Assembly (NCBI GenBank): GCA_051294905.1
Contig: CM119372.1
Span: 35,776,001 to 35,840,000 of the forward strand
DNA length: 64,000 bases
DNA from: Botryllus schlosseri
Taxonomy: Eukaryota
Direction: 5' to 3'
The notes beneath the pieces are model-generated. The model ran no database searches. It was not told the DNA's origin and saw only the letters and a program-made list of their open reading frames with translations. A program made the translations under genes and the position numbers. The first letter of the stretch is position 1. Each line of letters begins with the position of its first letter. This document shows positions 53,201-64,000 of the stretch, one piece after another.

Positions 53201-54619
53201 AATAATTTCTCATTACAACAACAGCAACAACAACTTCAAATCGAATATCCATTGACTCAGACTTACGATGTCCACCGGATACTTGTCCAGGAGAATTCGG
53301 ATCTTCTGTTACTGTGAAAACAACACGTCTGTTTATCATGACAAATGTACAATGTGCATACTGTTCAAGCGCTACTCACGGTTTTGGATTTTCCTTTCGA
53401 GGTCATTGATTCTTCCGAGGACTAAATACAAATAACCAAACGTGACTATTATGGAAGCAGTGCTGGACCATAGTTTTGCGTCAACTCATACCGGTTTGCA
53501 GTTTCGAATCCATCACTTTGATATCATTTCGGCACGATGCAGTCTCTGAATTAGAATGAAATTCGAATCAGCCGAATAATGAGTACGTTTGCAATTTATT
53601 CATAAAATAGAGCCTACATTGCGATGCATCTATGTAAGTATTCTTTGGCAGTCATATATACCTGGACTCAAATCGAACGTAGACAGTGGCTCTATATCAT
53701 AGGTTCGCAAGCGCTTCCTATAGTCACGAGCCCTCTCCAATAGTACAAGCTCACAGATTCCCGAAATTTACGATTGGCAGTTACCAGTAATTTGGAGAAA
53801 CTATAGATAGAGCTTTATAAATGCCAGAGAAAGCCAACCATCGGGTAATCGTGATTTGTAATCAAAATGGATTAAGGCAATCACAGCTTGCTAAAGTAAT
53901 ACGGAGACTTTTGTGTCCGTGACAGGCGCCTGCCTGTTCGTGAGACGTGGTGTTCTGCTTCTGCAATTATAAACTGTTATGCGCAAAGTATTTCACAAGA
54001 AAACAGTGATCGCACAGAAACCAGTAGTCAATTTACCATGGATTCTGGAACTTCATGTGGTTCTTTACGGCTGTATACGTTGACATATGAGGCTGTACGC
54101 TATGGAAGTAATAAAAACGCGCCCGTGAAAAGAAGGAAGGTTTGGCACCCCGAATTATGTGTTTAGTTACCAGTTTTACTGTGATTAAAAAAATAAAATA
54201 TCAATATTGCCATCGTAATTTATTACAAAAGGCGATGCTATATAATATCATCTATTCGATGCTCGCTTGTGATTGCCTGAAATACCTAAGGCATAGCCGT
54301 GATAAATAGAATTAGATTTCTACACATAATATAGTACAACACTGTATATCCTCCTACCTTCTTGTATCCTTTGGGATAATATAGCCGTGAAATTGCCGAC
54401 CTCCAGAGCCGTACCTGCAGCCCCCTTTGCCCCCATTTCACCCTTCTGCCCAATCGGACCGCGTTTTCCTGGGGGACCTTGGTTTAGTACATTATTGCTC
54501 TCTAGCGTCTTGTTAGGGCACATTGTTTCATACACGCTCTGCAGTTGTTGGCAGACCTGGGGGTTCTGGGATAGACACGAAACTATTGCGAAAAATGAAA
54601 CAAATAATACACGAATCAT
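46945..54619 (-). CDS. Secreted collagen-SRCR protein (collectin-like architecture with scavenger-receptor head), ~219 aa
   Basis: join(54358-54619, 53380-53421, 53267-53311, 46945-47255). All introns are phase 1 GT-AG. Domains are signal peptide, two Cys, ~7 Gly-X-Y, amphipathic neck and 6-Cys SRCR. Linkage across the 6-kb intron is inferred from phase. Confidence 0.8.
47714..48696. mobile_element. hAT MITE with GACTCGAGTC subterminal arrays
   Basis: CAGTGTTGGGAT / ATCCCAACACTG TIRs and perfect TSD TTACAGCA. Related fragments lie near 5690-5785, 22460-23150 and 61352-61820. Confidence 0.88.
49969..51236. mobile_element. hAT MITE with GTAATC subterminal repeats
   Basis: CAGACATG / CATGTCTG ends. 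TSD ATCATGAT/CTCATGAT. Confidence 0.8.
51550..51869. mobile_element. hAT MITE (TGCGCA-rich)
   Basis: Perfect TSD CATGCAAG. Inverted homolog of 41638-41826. Confidence 0.85.
52342..52386 (-). ncRNA. PLE hammerhead motif with core G8>A change, in pLTR remnant (~52300-52432)
   Basis: ACCC-CTGACAA-G(TGTCAGC)C-GAAA-ATAT-TC-GGGT. Flanks match ~2660-2780. Confidence 0.75.
52600..53051. mobile_element. hAT MITE
   Basis: GGGTTGCATTTAAAACAAA inverted ends. Perfect TSD GTACAATT. Confidence 0.85.
53267..53311 (-). CDS. Collagen-SRCR gene exon 3 (linker)
   Basis: (L)TEDPNSPGQVSGGH, 45 nt. tcacag acceptor, GTAAGT donor. Confidence 0.8.
53380..53421 (-). CDS. Collagen-SRCR gene exon 2 (neck)
   Basis: (V)LGRINDLERKIQN, 42 nt. 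atttag acceptor, GTGAGT donor. Confidence 0.8.
54358..54619 (-). CDS. Collagen-SRCR gene exon 1 (signal peptide + collagen)
   Basis: MIRVLFVSFFAIVSCLSQ...GPPGKRGPIGQKGEMGAKGAAG...LSQRIQE. GTAGGA donor. Confidence 0.9.
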
Positions 54620-55565
54620 CGTGACTCAGTCTCGAATTTAGCTTAAAAGCTGTCCGTCGAGATGTATAGCCTACTTCAAATGTATCTTTATTTTCAGACC
54701 AACAGCGTATTTCAGAATCCTTCTTCCAATTGCCTTCCTCATTCGACGTCTTCCTGGGCAAACGGAAAGGTTCATTGCATTTATCAAGAGCAATTCTACT
54801 TATAATCATAATACGCACAGTCCATCTTATTTACAGACAGGAAAGGCAAACACATGATAAATAAGGTACTTGGCATGGCTCAGTCGTGAATGACTGAACG
54901 CACAAATGCCTGAGAATTGTTTCCGACAGGAAACTTTGAGAATTTGGTAGTCATAATTTGCGAGAGCGGAGTCTCGATTCGACAAGATTGCAGCAACACA
55001 ACTGACTTCATACAAGCGCAAAGTGTTATATGCTGTATCAGCCAAATATGGAGTGTGCACGAAAATATTTTCCAGCGTTTTACTGTGCAAAGCGCCTCAG
55101 TAAGCATGCCTGCAGCAGAAATCACTTGGATTGGATCTAAGAAATTGACTTGCATTAATGTAATTCTAGATCATGGGGGTCATGGGACTAAATCAGACTC
55201 TTCGAATCATAATCAATAATATTCGATTCAGATTCGAGCAGATGAATGGTTATGTTCAGCTTTATTTGTAAGTACCGAATTATCCACACAGCGTCGTTGG
55301 ATATTGGATGTAGTAGTATGATTGAGTAACTCAATGCCCGGCTATGAACAAGATGATCACCACTCTGCTTATAACCACATATACAATAGAAAATGCTGAT
55401 GTTTGGTGATTGTTACGAGGACTTTAAACGTGTACTTGTATACGTGTACTAGGAACTTGCCGCTCGGTCACAAATGATTTGAAAATATATACCTGTCAAA
55501 CAAGAAGTGACGATTTTCATGTCAAACGATTAAAATTATCCGGTTGGTGATATACATATTATGAG

Positions 55566-56412
55566 TAGGGCGATTTTGTGACAGGTCAGAATAAGTTAAA
55601 ATTTTTTCAAAATTGTTTACTAAGTCAAAATTTGCGACCTGCATTTCGTTTGTATCGTTGATGTTTGTACTGTCGGTGCTACTGTCAGTTTACATTTACA
55701 GCTTATAGCCTACTTTATTGGCCTACCATTGTATAGCCGACCCATTGTCTGTTCAATGTGAACCATAAAAGGGAAAATGAACAACAAGGTTGACATGGTG
55801 TTATGCTCAACCTACCGCAAATAGCAATATCCTAACTGAAGCAAGATTGCACGAGCATTAGTTCTTATACCAAGTAGCGCATGATGAAAAATGGTGATGT
55901 AGAGTGTACACAACATTCTTAGAATGAAGAAACACGGTGTGTTACCAGCAGTGTACGCACAACCTCAGCGTTGCCAGCCAACAACTGCTGATGCTGAACG
56001 TTCTTTTTCCATTCTTGGCAAGCTACTTAATAATGACAGACACTTTCTACCCCCGAGAATGTAAGAAAGTATCTTTCGTTATTCAACAAACTTTAATTAT
56101 TTGTACCATAATGCGTGATGTAACTACTGGTATTATTCAAAGGTCCAGATTCCGTTAACAAAAAGTTTTTTCGTGTAAATATTTGTCAGTTTTCAAGTCA
56201 AAAGGTTTTGTCAAGCCAAACTACTTCGTAAGGACAGACAGTTCCAACCAGAAATGAAGATAAGTAATGCAATTCCAACATTATGTGCGAAAACACCTAA
56301 TCTACATGGATGAGGACAATATTTTGTCAAAATTAGTTTTTTAGGGTAAAAAATGTCAAAATTTGGATTTTCTGGTCAAAATCTTCCGTTTGTACGTAAA
56401 CAAATCGCCCTA
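55566..56412. mobile_element. MITE (partial homolog at ~42680-42885)
   Basis: TAGGGCGATTT / AAATCGCCCTA termini. ~56170-56355 matches ~42690-42875. Confidence 0.7.
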
Positions 56413-56861
56413 ATCATGATCGAGCTGTTCTTTAGCACTACTCGTGATGGCGGCGTGTAGTGTCCGTTTTAGCGGGATACAAGTAGGCTACATATGTGTG
56501 ATTCATAATGCTATAAATAGCATTATTTGGTATGGTAGAATTCCATGTTTTCTTTATCTTACTCTCTTAGAGTCCTGGTTGGACCGAGTATCAATATAGC
56601 TACTTGGCGATTCTTAATGCTATTTCAGAATCTCTTATAGGCTTATTGGCGTTGGGCAGCTATAACTAGACTGAAATTATCTGAGGGAGAGTGTTGGGCT
56701 GACTAGAGCACACTCCAGATATGGTACACGAGTTTTACACAGACGTAAATGGAGTAGATTGCAGCACTGATACATGAATGATTTCTGACATGATCACAGT
56801 CTAGACATAATACTAGGTGTGGTGTGAACGTGAGGTTCATGTTCGCGTTCTGTGTGTGAAC

Positions 56862-58889
56862 CAGGGCTGTGGAGTCGGTAAATTTTACCACCGACTCCGG
56901 CTCCGACTCCGACTCCACACATTTTCAATGTACCGACTCCGACTCCGATTCCGACTCCCGAGTCTTTAAAAGTATAGACTCCGACTCCGACTCCTGGGTC
57001 TTTAAACGTACTGACTCCGACTCCCGACTCCGACTCCAGCATTATCACCAATTTACTTCGAAAATTATGTGCCACTTGTCGGTTGAATGACTATCATACA
57101 ACCATTAGACATATGCAAACATATGATTAACGGTGGCATGCTATATTGTTTCTTTGTGGCACAGCTCGAATTATCCACTATGCAATTAACATGAAAGAAA
57201 GATTTGCTAAATATCCTTCCTTTTTCAAGTTTTTATAACATGGAATCTCTAATATCCTGAAATGTATGAATCATTCAAATATGGCAGATATCCAATCCTG
57301 TATAATAAAAATGTCGATAAAAAATCCGAGTGTAGCTCTTGTGTATGAGTCATCAACTAATAAAGAGATTGAACTTACTAATTTTGTCATTGCACACTCT
57401 CCTGATTACAAGCACACACACTCTTACTACTAATAGACATTGGTCATAAATGGAATTTAGTTAAGTAGCCAAAGACCATAGCCTATGTCTAGTCTGCATG
57501 TACTTAATCAAGTATTCAAGGATTGGGACTTGCAATCTTTCTTAATCATTTGTTCGACCCAAACAGCTAAGCTACACTACAAATATTTTCAATTTTGTCA
57601 AGTGGGAAGCATCGTTTCGTCATATTTACATCATTTTTACACCTTTACAAAACCAGGCGATGCATTTGCTCTGTCACAGTATCATGGTATAATTCCAAAA
57701 ATTGCATCAATTTTGACTGCATCGCGAAAACGCATATTGCGATTTTCTTCCCCTGTGCAACTGAGTTGTAATTTGCAAGTAATGTCTAATTTTATCTATA
57801 TCAGGGGTGGGCAACTTTTTCGGCTAAAGGAACACATGAGATTTACGAACCATTGCGCGGGCAACTGGAATGTTGATAACCTTTTTTTAGTCCTCCGATA
57901 GGAGCGAACCGAATTAGGTAACATTGCAAACAAGACTTATAATAATACGCTCCAAAATTGATAGCAATATGTCATGCAACTGTGCAGTGCGCAATCAGGC
58001 CCTGGTCGCTCGAAGCGTGAAATTTTTTTGCAAGATAATGACTGGATTATATCAATAAATATGTTGCTATACATTGGGGGTCGCATCTGTATACCACTGG
58101 GCTCATTTGGCAAGGACAGGATTATTCGACGTTTAGACATAGCAAAATCGACGGTATCAGTGAACAATGTGAACATGCCTCTATCATTTTGTGCAAATGT
58201 TTTGTCGACGATCTCGCTGCGAGTGCACAAGCGAAGCGGCATGTTGGACGACACGTTATCTCCTAATTGCGAATATAGTTAGACTCAATTTTGTGAATAA
58301 TATGTATTTATAATTTTCAGAAGGGAGCTCTAATACTGAATGCAAGAAATCTAGTGACAATTAATGAATCATGCGAAGTACCGAGAAAAATTTCAAGTCA
58401 AATAAATCTGCTATGAAATATTATACTTTATGGTCATATAGAAAGATCTGGGATAAATGTGGTTGGCCCCTGGATGCGTCAATGCGTCACCACTGTTGTT
58501 TTAGTCATCATTAAATTTCGCGGTCATGCTAATCAAATTTTGGTTGGCCTTGCAATTGTACCTGATGTCATAAATAATTTCGAGAATTACCTCGCGGGCC
58601 ACACCTAACCTTCTCGTGTGCCAAATTTGGCCTGCGTGTCACGGGCTGACCGAACCTGATCTGTATGGTTATTAATAACATTGATTGGTGGAACATAGAA
58701 ATTATATTGACAATTCTTTGAAAGCAAATGTTTTCATGATAGAGAAGTAGGAGTCGGAGTCGAAGTCAGGGTCATTCTCACAAACTCCGACTCCGACTCC
58801 AGTCAGTATTTTCTCCACGACTCCGACTCCGACTCCGGGTGCCATCATGCGAAAATTACCCAGACTCCGACTCCGACTCCGCAGCCCTG
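56862..58889. mobile_element. hAT MITE with (GACTCC)n arrays, nested in MITE ~56815-59460 and hosting a further hAT MITE (~57802-58658)
   Basis: CAGGGCTG / CAGCCCTG ends and perfect TSD GTGTGAAC. The inner element has near-TSD ATCTATAT/ATCTGTAT and a homolog at ~27000-27660. Confidence 0.88.
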
Positions 58890-59960
58890 GTGTGAACCTC
58901 GGAAATTTAGAGGTTCACGTTCACAAACGAACCTCAGTAGGTTCTGCACTGTGAACCTTTTTCATATATTACAATTTTCACTTAATCAAAACATCTTTGG
59001 TTGAAATTTATTGCAATAAAACTGTGGACCCCTCTAAAAAAAACGTAACAACACCGCAGCAAACCGTAGCAACACCGTAGCAACACTCAGATGCCGAATA
59101 CATTGCCCGGTCTGGGCTAGACCGTTAAGGCATAAGATTATATTACCACGTAAGTTCTCGTCGAAATTACTGGCAAAGCGACGGAAGATGTTGATTCTAT
59201 GGGATTGTCATATCATTTGATTGTCCCATTTGACGACGTTTAAAAATTCAGTATGTACTTCATCATTGTGGCATTATGTGGCCCGAGTCGTCGCTAAGTA
59301 TCGTGTACAACAGTATAATCACTTCACTGAATGTAGGGTTGGAATTAGCAATATGACGTCACGTGAAGTCATGAGGTTCACGTTCGCGTTCACACAGAAC
59401 CTTTCAAAAAGGTTCGCGTTCACAAGAACCTGAACCTTTCAGAGGTTCACAGCAGCCGTACATGATACGATAGTATTAGTGATGAAGAGCGATAGCCGTG
59501 ATACACATGAGCAAACCCATACAGCAGGGACTGGAAATATCGGCCCGCGAAGGTATTTCGATCGGCCCGCAGAGAGTACCCTGAAAGTGAAATTCTATTC
59601 TGAAAGTCTTGACTAATTTATGCATCACAGAATGAATCCAAGTTTGCCAACTTGAGAAAGATGGACATGAAACTCTGCTCTGTTCGGGTGTATGACTTTA
59701 AAAAAATTCAAAATTTTATGTGTCCTGTAGTGACAAATGGTGAACTTTTGTGTCCTGATTTGAAAATTCACAAAAGCTAAGACTGTTTAGACCAGTGGCT
59801 CCCAACGTGGGCGATATTGGCCCCCAGAGGGCGATTTTGAGAACCAAGGGGGCAAAAATACCAAAGGGGCGACAGGTAGAGGTTGACAGATATTGAATTA
59901 CCGCCGGAAATAACCGGGAATGTTCCAAATATCGGCCTCGATAATCGGCCAGGTCGATAT

Positions 59961-61350
59961 CACTGGTCAACACATATTTTTAGGCAGACAAAGTAAGAGT
60001 GGTTTTGGGGGTTCTGAAGGGCACTGATTCCGAATATGACCTTAGTTTTTTCAAATTGGCTCTTGTGGAGATAACCCATGGGGCTATTTTGACCAAAACC
60101 TCCCATTTTCGCGGTAATGACTGGATATAAAATCGGCTTAGTCGTACTATGAAGTTTAGAAATTCAATCTATTTGTTATTTTTACACACAAAAGAATATT
60201 TTAAATCAAAATACAGCAACAGCACTATATTTAGGGGTATTAGATTTATCATAATTAAATACTTTCACGGGATATCATGAACATAAATAAACTCCAGTCA
60301 TGCATATGAGTATGAGTATTTACGTAGATACTCGAATAACGTGGCATTAGTTAAATCAGTTTTACGTCCACCACTTATTGTAAATTTGAAATAATCAGTT
60401 GGAATACAATATTATTGATATATGTTAAATCGAAATTGTTTTTTGTACGATTTTCACCAGTAAGCTATTTAGTGCAGTTTCTCGAAAGGTTCCGGCAATG
60501 GTCTGACATAATATGTTCAATGGTTCATATCATCTGCCCTGGTATCTTTCTTTTGTTGTTCTGATGTCTTGTTAGAACCCCTACCCTTGCTAATCAACAA
60601 GATGATCGGGAAATATACCAAGATGACTGAACAGGAAGTGAACTTTTATGCTCATGTTTGTTCCAAGTTTTCGATATGCAGTTACGAATTTTCGGACCAA
60701 CTGTTTGTAATTCGGTGCTTTGTGATCAGATAAAAAGTTTTATTTACTACATCTTAGGAGAAATTACGTGCTGTGAACTCCTCCTAATGTGAAATTGGAA
60801 TCTTTCATCGGTATTCGAATATACCAGATACCAGATTTAAGCTTCTCGTTTGATAGGGTTACTAGTTATACCCACTTTGTTGATTCAGTGGAAAATTATC
60901 CATTTACCAGTCAAAAGAAACGAGACACATATGAATATAGTAGTTAATCCTTTCAAGGACAAATTTTATAGTTTTATACTCCTCTATAATCTTGGTAGAA
61001 TGACCAATTGATACACGAGAAAATGAATTTACGCTTTGCAAAAGTACAATTTTTTAGGCTTGACAAACTGCTTTTTTGACAAACAAATTTTTCGCATCAC
61101 GCCATGTCAATATTGATAGAATGACTGAAAATGACATGAGGGTTCTTCATAGTCAATTAGCCATTTATGCGCAGTATAAAATTAGAAAAAAGGACGATTT
61201 TCTTCCTACCAAGCGAAATATTTAAGGGTAAATACAGTAATTTTGGGCTTTTTTAGGGGTATAAATATTTTCTGACAGAGAGCCAATCAGACAAAACCAT
61301 TGTGATATTCGTATAGAGTGAGATATATTTGATTTACACGGCCGAAAAAT
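59961..61350 (-). mobile_element. Chapaev(3)-type DNA transposon remnant with decayed transposase C-terminus (~60480-60800)
   Basis: CACTGGTCAAC terminus. The minus strand reads HKAPNYKQLVRKFVTAYRKLGTNMSIKVHFLFSHLGIFPDH...F*QDIRTTKERYQGR*. Confidence 0.8.
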
Positions 61351-61351
61351 C

Positions 61352-61830
61352 AGGGTTGTAATGACTCGAGACATGACTCGACCCGAGTCCGACTCGAGTC
61401 ACGATTTTTTAGAGACTCGATATGACTCGAGTCTTTTTTTCAAATGCATAAAATGACTCGACTTGAGTCAATTTGTGTATTGACTCGACTTGTACTTGAG
61501 TCATTGGGCATCACTCAAATCAAGTCATATGACTCGAGACTAGAACGGCCAAGACAAACATTTCATTGTAACTTCGAGTAATAGTGAAGTCAGAGTTGTA
61601 ATGACTCGAGACATGACTCGACCCGCGTCCGACTCGAGTCACGATTTTAATGATTCGATATGACTCGAGTCTTTTTTCAAATGCATAAAATGACTCGACT
61701 TGAGTAAATTTGTGTATTGTCTCGACTTGTACTCGAATCATTGGGCATAACTCAAACCAAGTCATATGACTCGAGACTAGAACGGCCAAGACAGACATTT
61801 TATTGTAACTTCGAATAATAGTAAAGTCCC
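61352..61830. repeat. Two tandem ~240-bp copies of a GACTCGAG-MITE end
   Basis: CAG(G/A)GTTGTAATGACTCGAGAC at 61352 and 61591. Confidence 0.85.
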
Positions 61831-62329
61831 CACATTGTTGGTATTTCATCTATCAGTCCTGATACTTGGAAAATAGGGCCAGAAACTGATAAGACTGAAG
61901 AGAATTGAGAGAATATGACCCCACCTCGTAAGGGTTAAAGCACTGTATTGCTGCAGGACATTCAAGCTCAAAGATAGTAGAAAGTAATCTTTGGTCTATT
62001 CTAGAGCCCGACCGATATTAGATTTTTGGATCGATACCGATAAAACCGATATCTCCTACCTTGACCGAGAACCCAGATACATTCAGCCGATATTCAAAAG
62101 AAGTGGAATATGCCTTAACCCTTACGAGGTGGGGTCATATTTCGTAGAACTGACCATCACTTTTTAAATTCATACCGTGATCCCACCAAGACTTGAATCT
62201 GGGCCGTTCCAGTTTAAAATTGGGCGGAGTAGGCCTATATCGACACCGCAAGACATGTCTAGGTTTTTTCATATTGAGACGCTTAGGAGTACAGAACTTC
62301 ATAACACATTTGAATAAAATATTCATATT

Positions 62330-62377
62330 TATTCCCGAAGCTTTTCGGCTGACGCTCGTCAGGGGAATATCGTCAGC
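62330..62377 (-). ncRNA. Minimal type I hammerhead ribozyme in PLE pLTR, intact core
   Basis: GCTGACG-A-TATTCCC-CTGACGA-G(CGTCAGC)C-GAAA-AGCT-TC-GGGAATA. Helix I is 7 bp, helix III is the palindrome AAGCTT, and there is a 7-bp loop II pseudoknot. Confidence 0.9.
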
Positions 62378-62511
62378 AATAATGCGAGAATTCGAATAAC
62401 TAAGTTCAGCAACAATATATATCGCTAATTATGACGCCACACAGAAAATATACAAAGTTAGGAAAACGAGAGAACTGAAGCGTTGGCATGGAGATAGCGA
62501 AGCCAAACAAG

Positions 62512-63426
62512 TTAATGCGCGATTTTCAAATGATACACAAATTCTTTCTGTTGGCATAAACTAGGTTTACTCATAGTGATGATGGTGGACTCAAGAACAG
62601 ACAAATGAAATAAATTGCGACCCTTAGCCAATACAGAGAACATGTCCTCGTGATAGTTAGCAGCACATGTATGGTTTTCTAGTAAATGTTTGCCAATAGA
62701 AGATTTTTGACTCATGGCCTGGTTATGTTCTAGAACAAGCGGATTGTTATGCTGCGATTTCGAGATATATGATTTGACAGACGGTGGGATGTGTTCTTTA
62801 ATTCGGTCCTGCAACCGTTTGGAAGTTCTCCCTACGTACCGACAATCGCAGTGGCACTTGAATTCATAAATGACGTTACTTTGTTGTAAAGCCGGGAGAA
62901 CGTCCTTTCGGACTGCAGGAAGCATTGGTATCGTGGTAAAAACAACATTGGTTTTCACCGCTGGATAACAGCGATGGACTGCTGAAGTGATCTGTTTCTC
63001 AAATCGATAAGAAACCGGGCCAATCCAAGGTAGATGAATGTACACATCCCTATTTTCACGAGAGACTTCTTCGGGGGTTTCATTTGGTTTGGTATCATTC
63101 CGATGACTTAACTTATTATTTATTGTCCGCTTGATGACAAACTCAGGGTATCCGTTGTCAATGAAAAGTTTACGGATGTAATCAAGTTCACTATTCAATT
63201 TGACCTCGGAACAAATCATCAACGCCCGGTGGACCAAGCTGCCGATTAAATTGATTTTACGACTTTTTGGACTGAAAGAGCTCCATCGAAGGTAATGACC
63301 CGAAAACGTGGGCTTCCTATAAACGGAGGTAAGGAATTGGCCATCCCGTTTCTCCACAAGAACGCCAAGGAATGCCAGCCGGTTGTTAATTTCTTTTTCC
63401 GACGTGAATTGCAATGCTGGATGTAA
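62512..63426 (-). CDS. PLE ORF, C-terminal ~300 aa (RT end/thumb and GIY-YIG endonuclease), no start
   Basis: LHPALQFTSEKE..LAFLGVLV, VYRKPT, NGYP, NVIYEFKCHCDCRYVGRTSKRLQDRIKEH, IGKHL and LES. The frame is uninterrupted. Confidence 0.9.
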   Translation of the reverse strand, partial: LHPALQFTSEKEINNRLAFLGVLVEKRDGQFLTSVYRKPTFSGHYLRWSSFSPKSRKINLIGSLVHRALMICSEVKLNSELDYIRKLFIDNGYPEFVIKRTINNKLSHRNDTKPNETPEEVSRENRDVYIHLPWIGPVSYRFEKQITSAVHRCYPAVKTNVVFTTIPMLPAVRKDVLPALQQSNVIYEFKCHCDCRYVGRTSKRLQDRIKEHIPPSVKSYISKSQHNNPLVLEHNQAMSQKSSIGKHLLENHTCAANYHEDMFSVLAKGRNLFHLSVLESTIITMSKPSLCQQKEFVYHLKIAH

Positions 63427-63545
63427 TTTGTCGGTACGTAGGGAGAACTTCCAAACGGTTGCAGGACCGAATTAAAGAACACATGCCACCGTCTGTCAAA
63501 TCATATATCTCGAAATCGCAGCATAACAATCCGCTTGTTCTAGAA

Positions 63546-64000
63546 CAGGGGTCACCAACCTTTTTGCAACCAAGGGCTACTTTTGGGTACTGATCGCAGT
63601 GACGGGCTACCATTTACTCCCGTCGTTTACCCGTGTCAGATTGAATTTCCGCTGTGATATTCATAACACTGGGCAGTAATCGTATTGCGGTAAGACTTCC
63701 ACAAGAGTCTTCTTAATCAAAACATCTCATTCCAACTAGCTAGGCACTAAGATCTTTTAAGAAATCACGAATTACTTCGCACCAAGTTTATATAAATTAT
63801 TCAACAGTCAGCTCAAAATTTAAAATAAGTCATGTCACACTTTAGACTGGACATCATGTTATCTGTTTCTATATCAGTCAGTGGCCGGCCTGGCATTGCA
63901 CACAATCAACTAGTGCGCTGTAGTGTGGTATGTAGCTTGACACTTCAACTCTGAGTGAGTGATCCAGATTTGCATTAGTGAGTTCTGTTCTGTGTTTGTT
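63546..64000 (-). mobile_element. hAT Charlie/Buster element end with transposase C-terminus (63878-64000)
   Basis: CAGGGGTCACCAACC terminus after a TTCTAGAA target. Minus strand reads NKHRTELTNANLDHSLRVEVSSYIPHYSALVDCVQCQAGH*. Confidence 0.8.

Larger units (their letters stand above)
62290..63545 (-). mobile_element. Penelope-like retroelement, 5'-truncated, with inverted 5' segment and pLTR
   Basis: RT thumb plus GIY-YIG ORF and hammerhead in the 3' pLTR. 63428-63545 is an inverted copy of 62728-62845. Confidence 0.92.

Noticed and set aside
54622..54628. AP-1 site TGACTCA next to the start codon
   Set aside because: A single 7-mer with no independent support.
56703..57090. SD/ES/GV-repeat ORFs
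   Set aside because: These are translations of the (GACTCC)n arrays of a MITE.
853..62399. Most 60-150 aa ORFs in the supplied track
   Set aside because: They fall in MITEs/SINEs or are antisense to real exons, and show no recognisable protein motifs.

Overview
Eukaryotic, AT-rich, very transposon-dense animal DNA. It is probably a marine invertebrate deuterostome such as an ascidian (inferred from gene style, 57-68 nt introns and the repeat repertoire; not proven). Two spliced host genes lie on the minus strand. One is a complete 6-exon CHMP6/VPS20 (ESCRT-III, 207 aa, 22122-33615). The other is a 4-exon secreted protein with signal peptide, Cys pair, short collagen, neck and group A SRCR domain (219 aa if no exon was missed, 46945-54619). 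The rest is mostly nested mobile DNA: many hAT MITEs with 8-bp TSDs, Kolobok-, Sola-, pogo- and Chapaev-type DNA elements, CR1/L2-group LINE remnants, three tRNA-derived SINEs, a 176-bp tandem array and Penelope-like elements (PLEs). The most striking signal is six PLE-type minimal hammerhead ribozyme motifs, two with intact cores. Across three divergent sequence types they show compensatory changes in helix I, in a palindromic helix III, and in a pseudoknot between loop II and the 5' flank. Most short ORFs in the supplied track are spurious.
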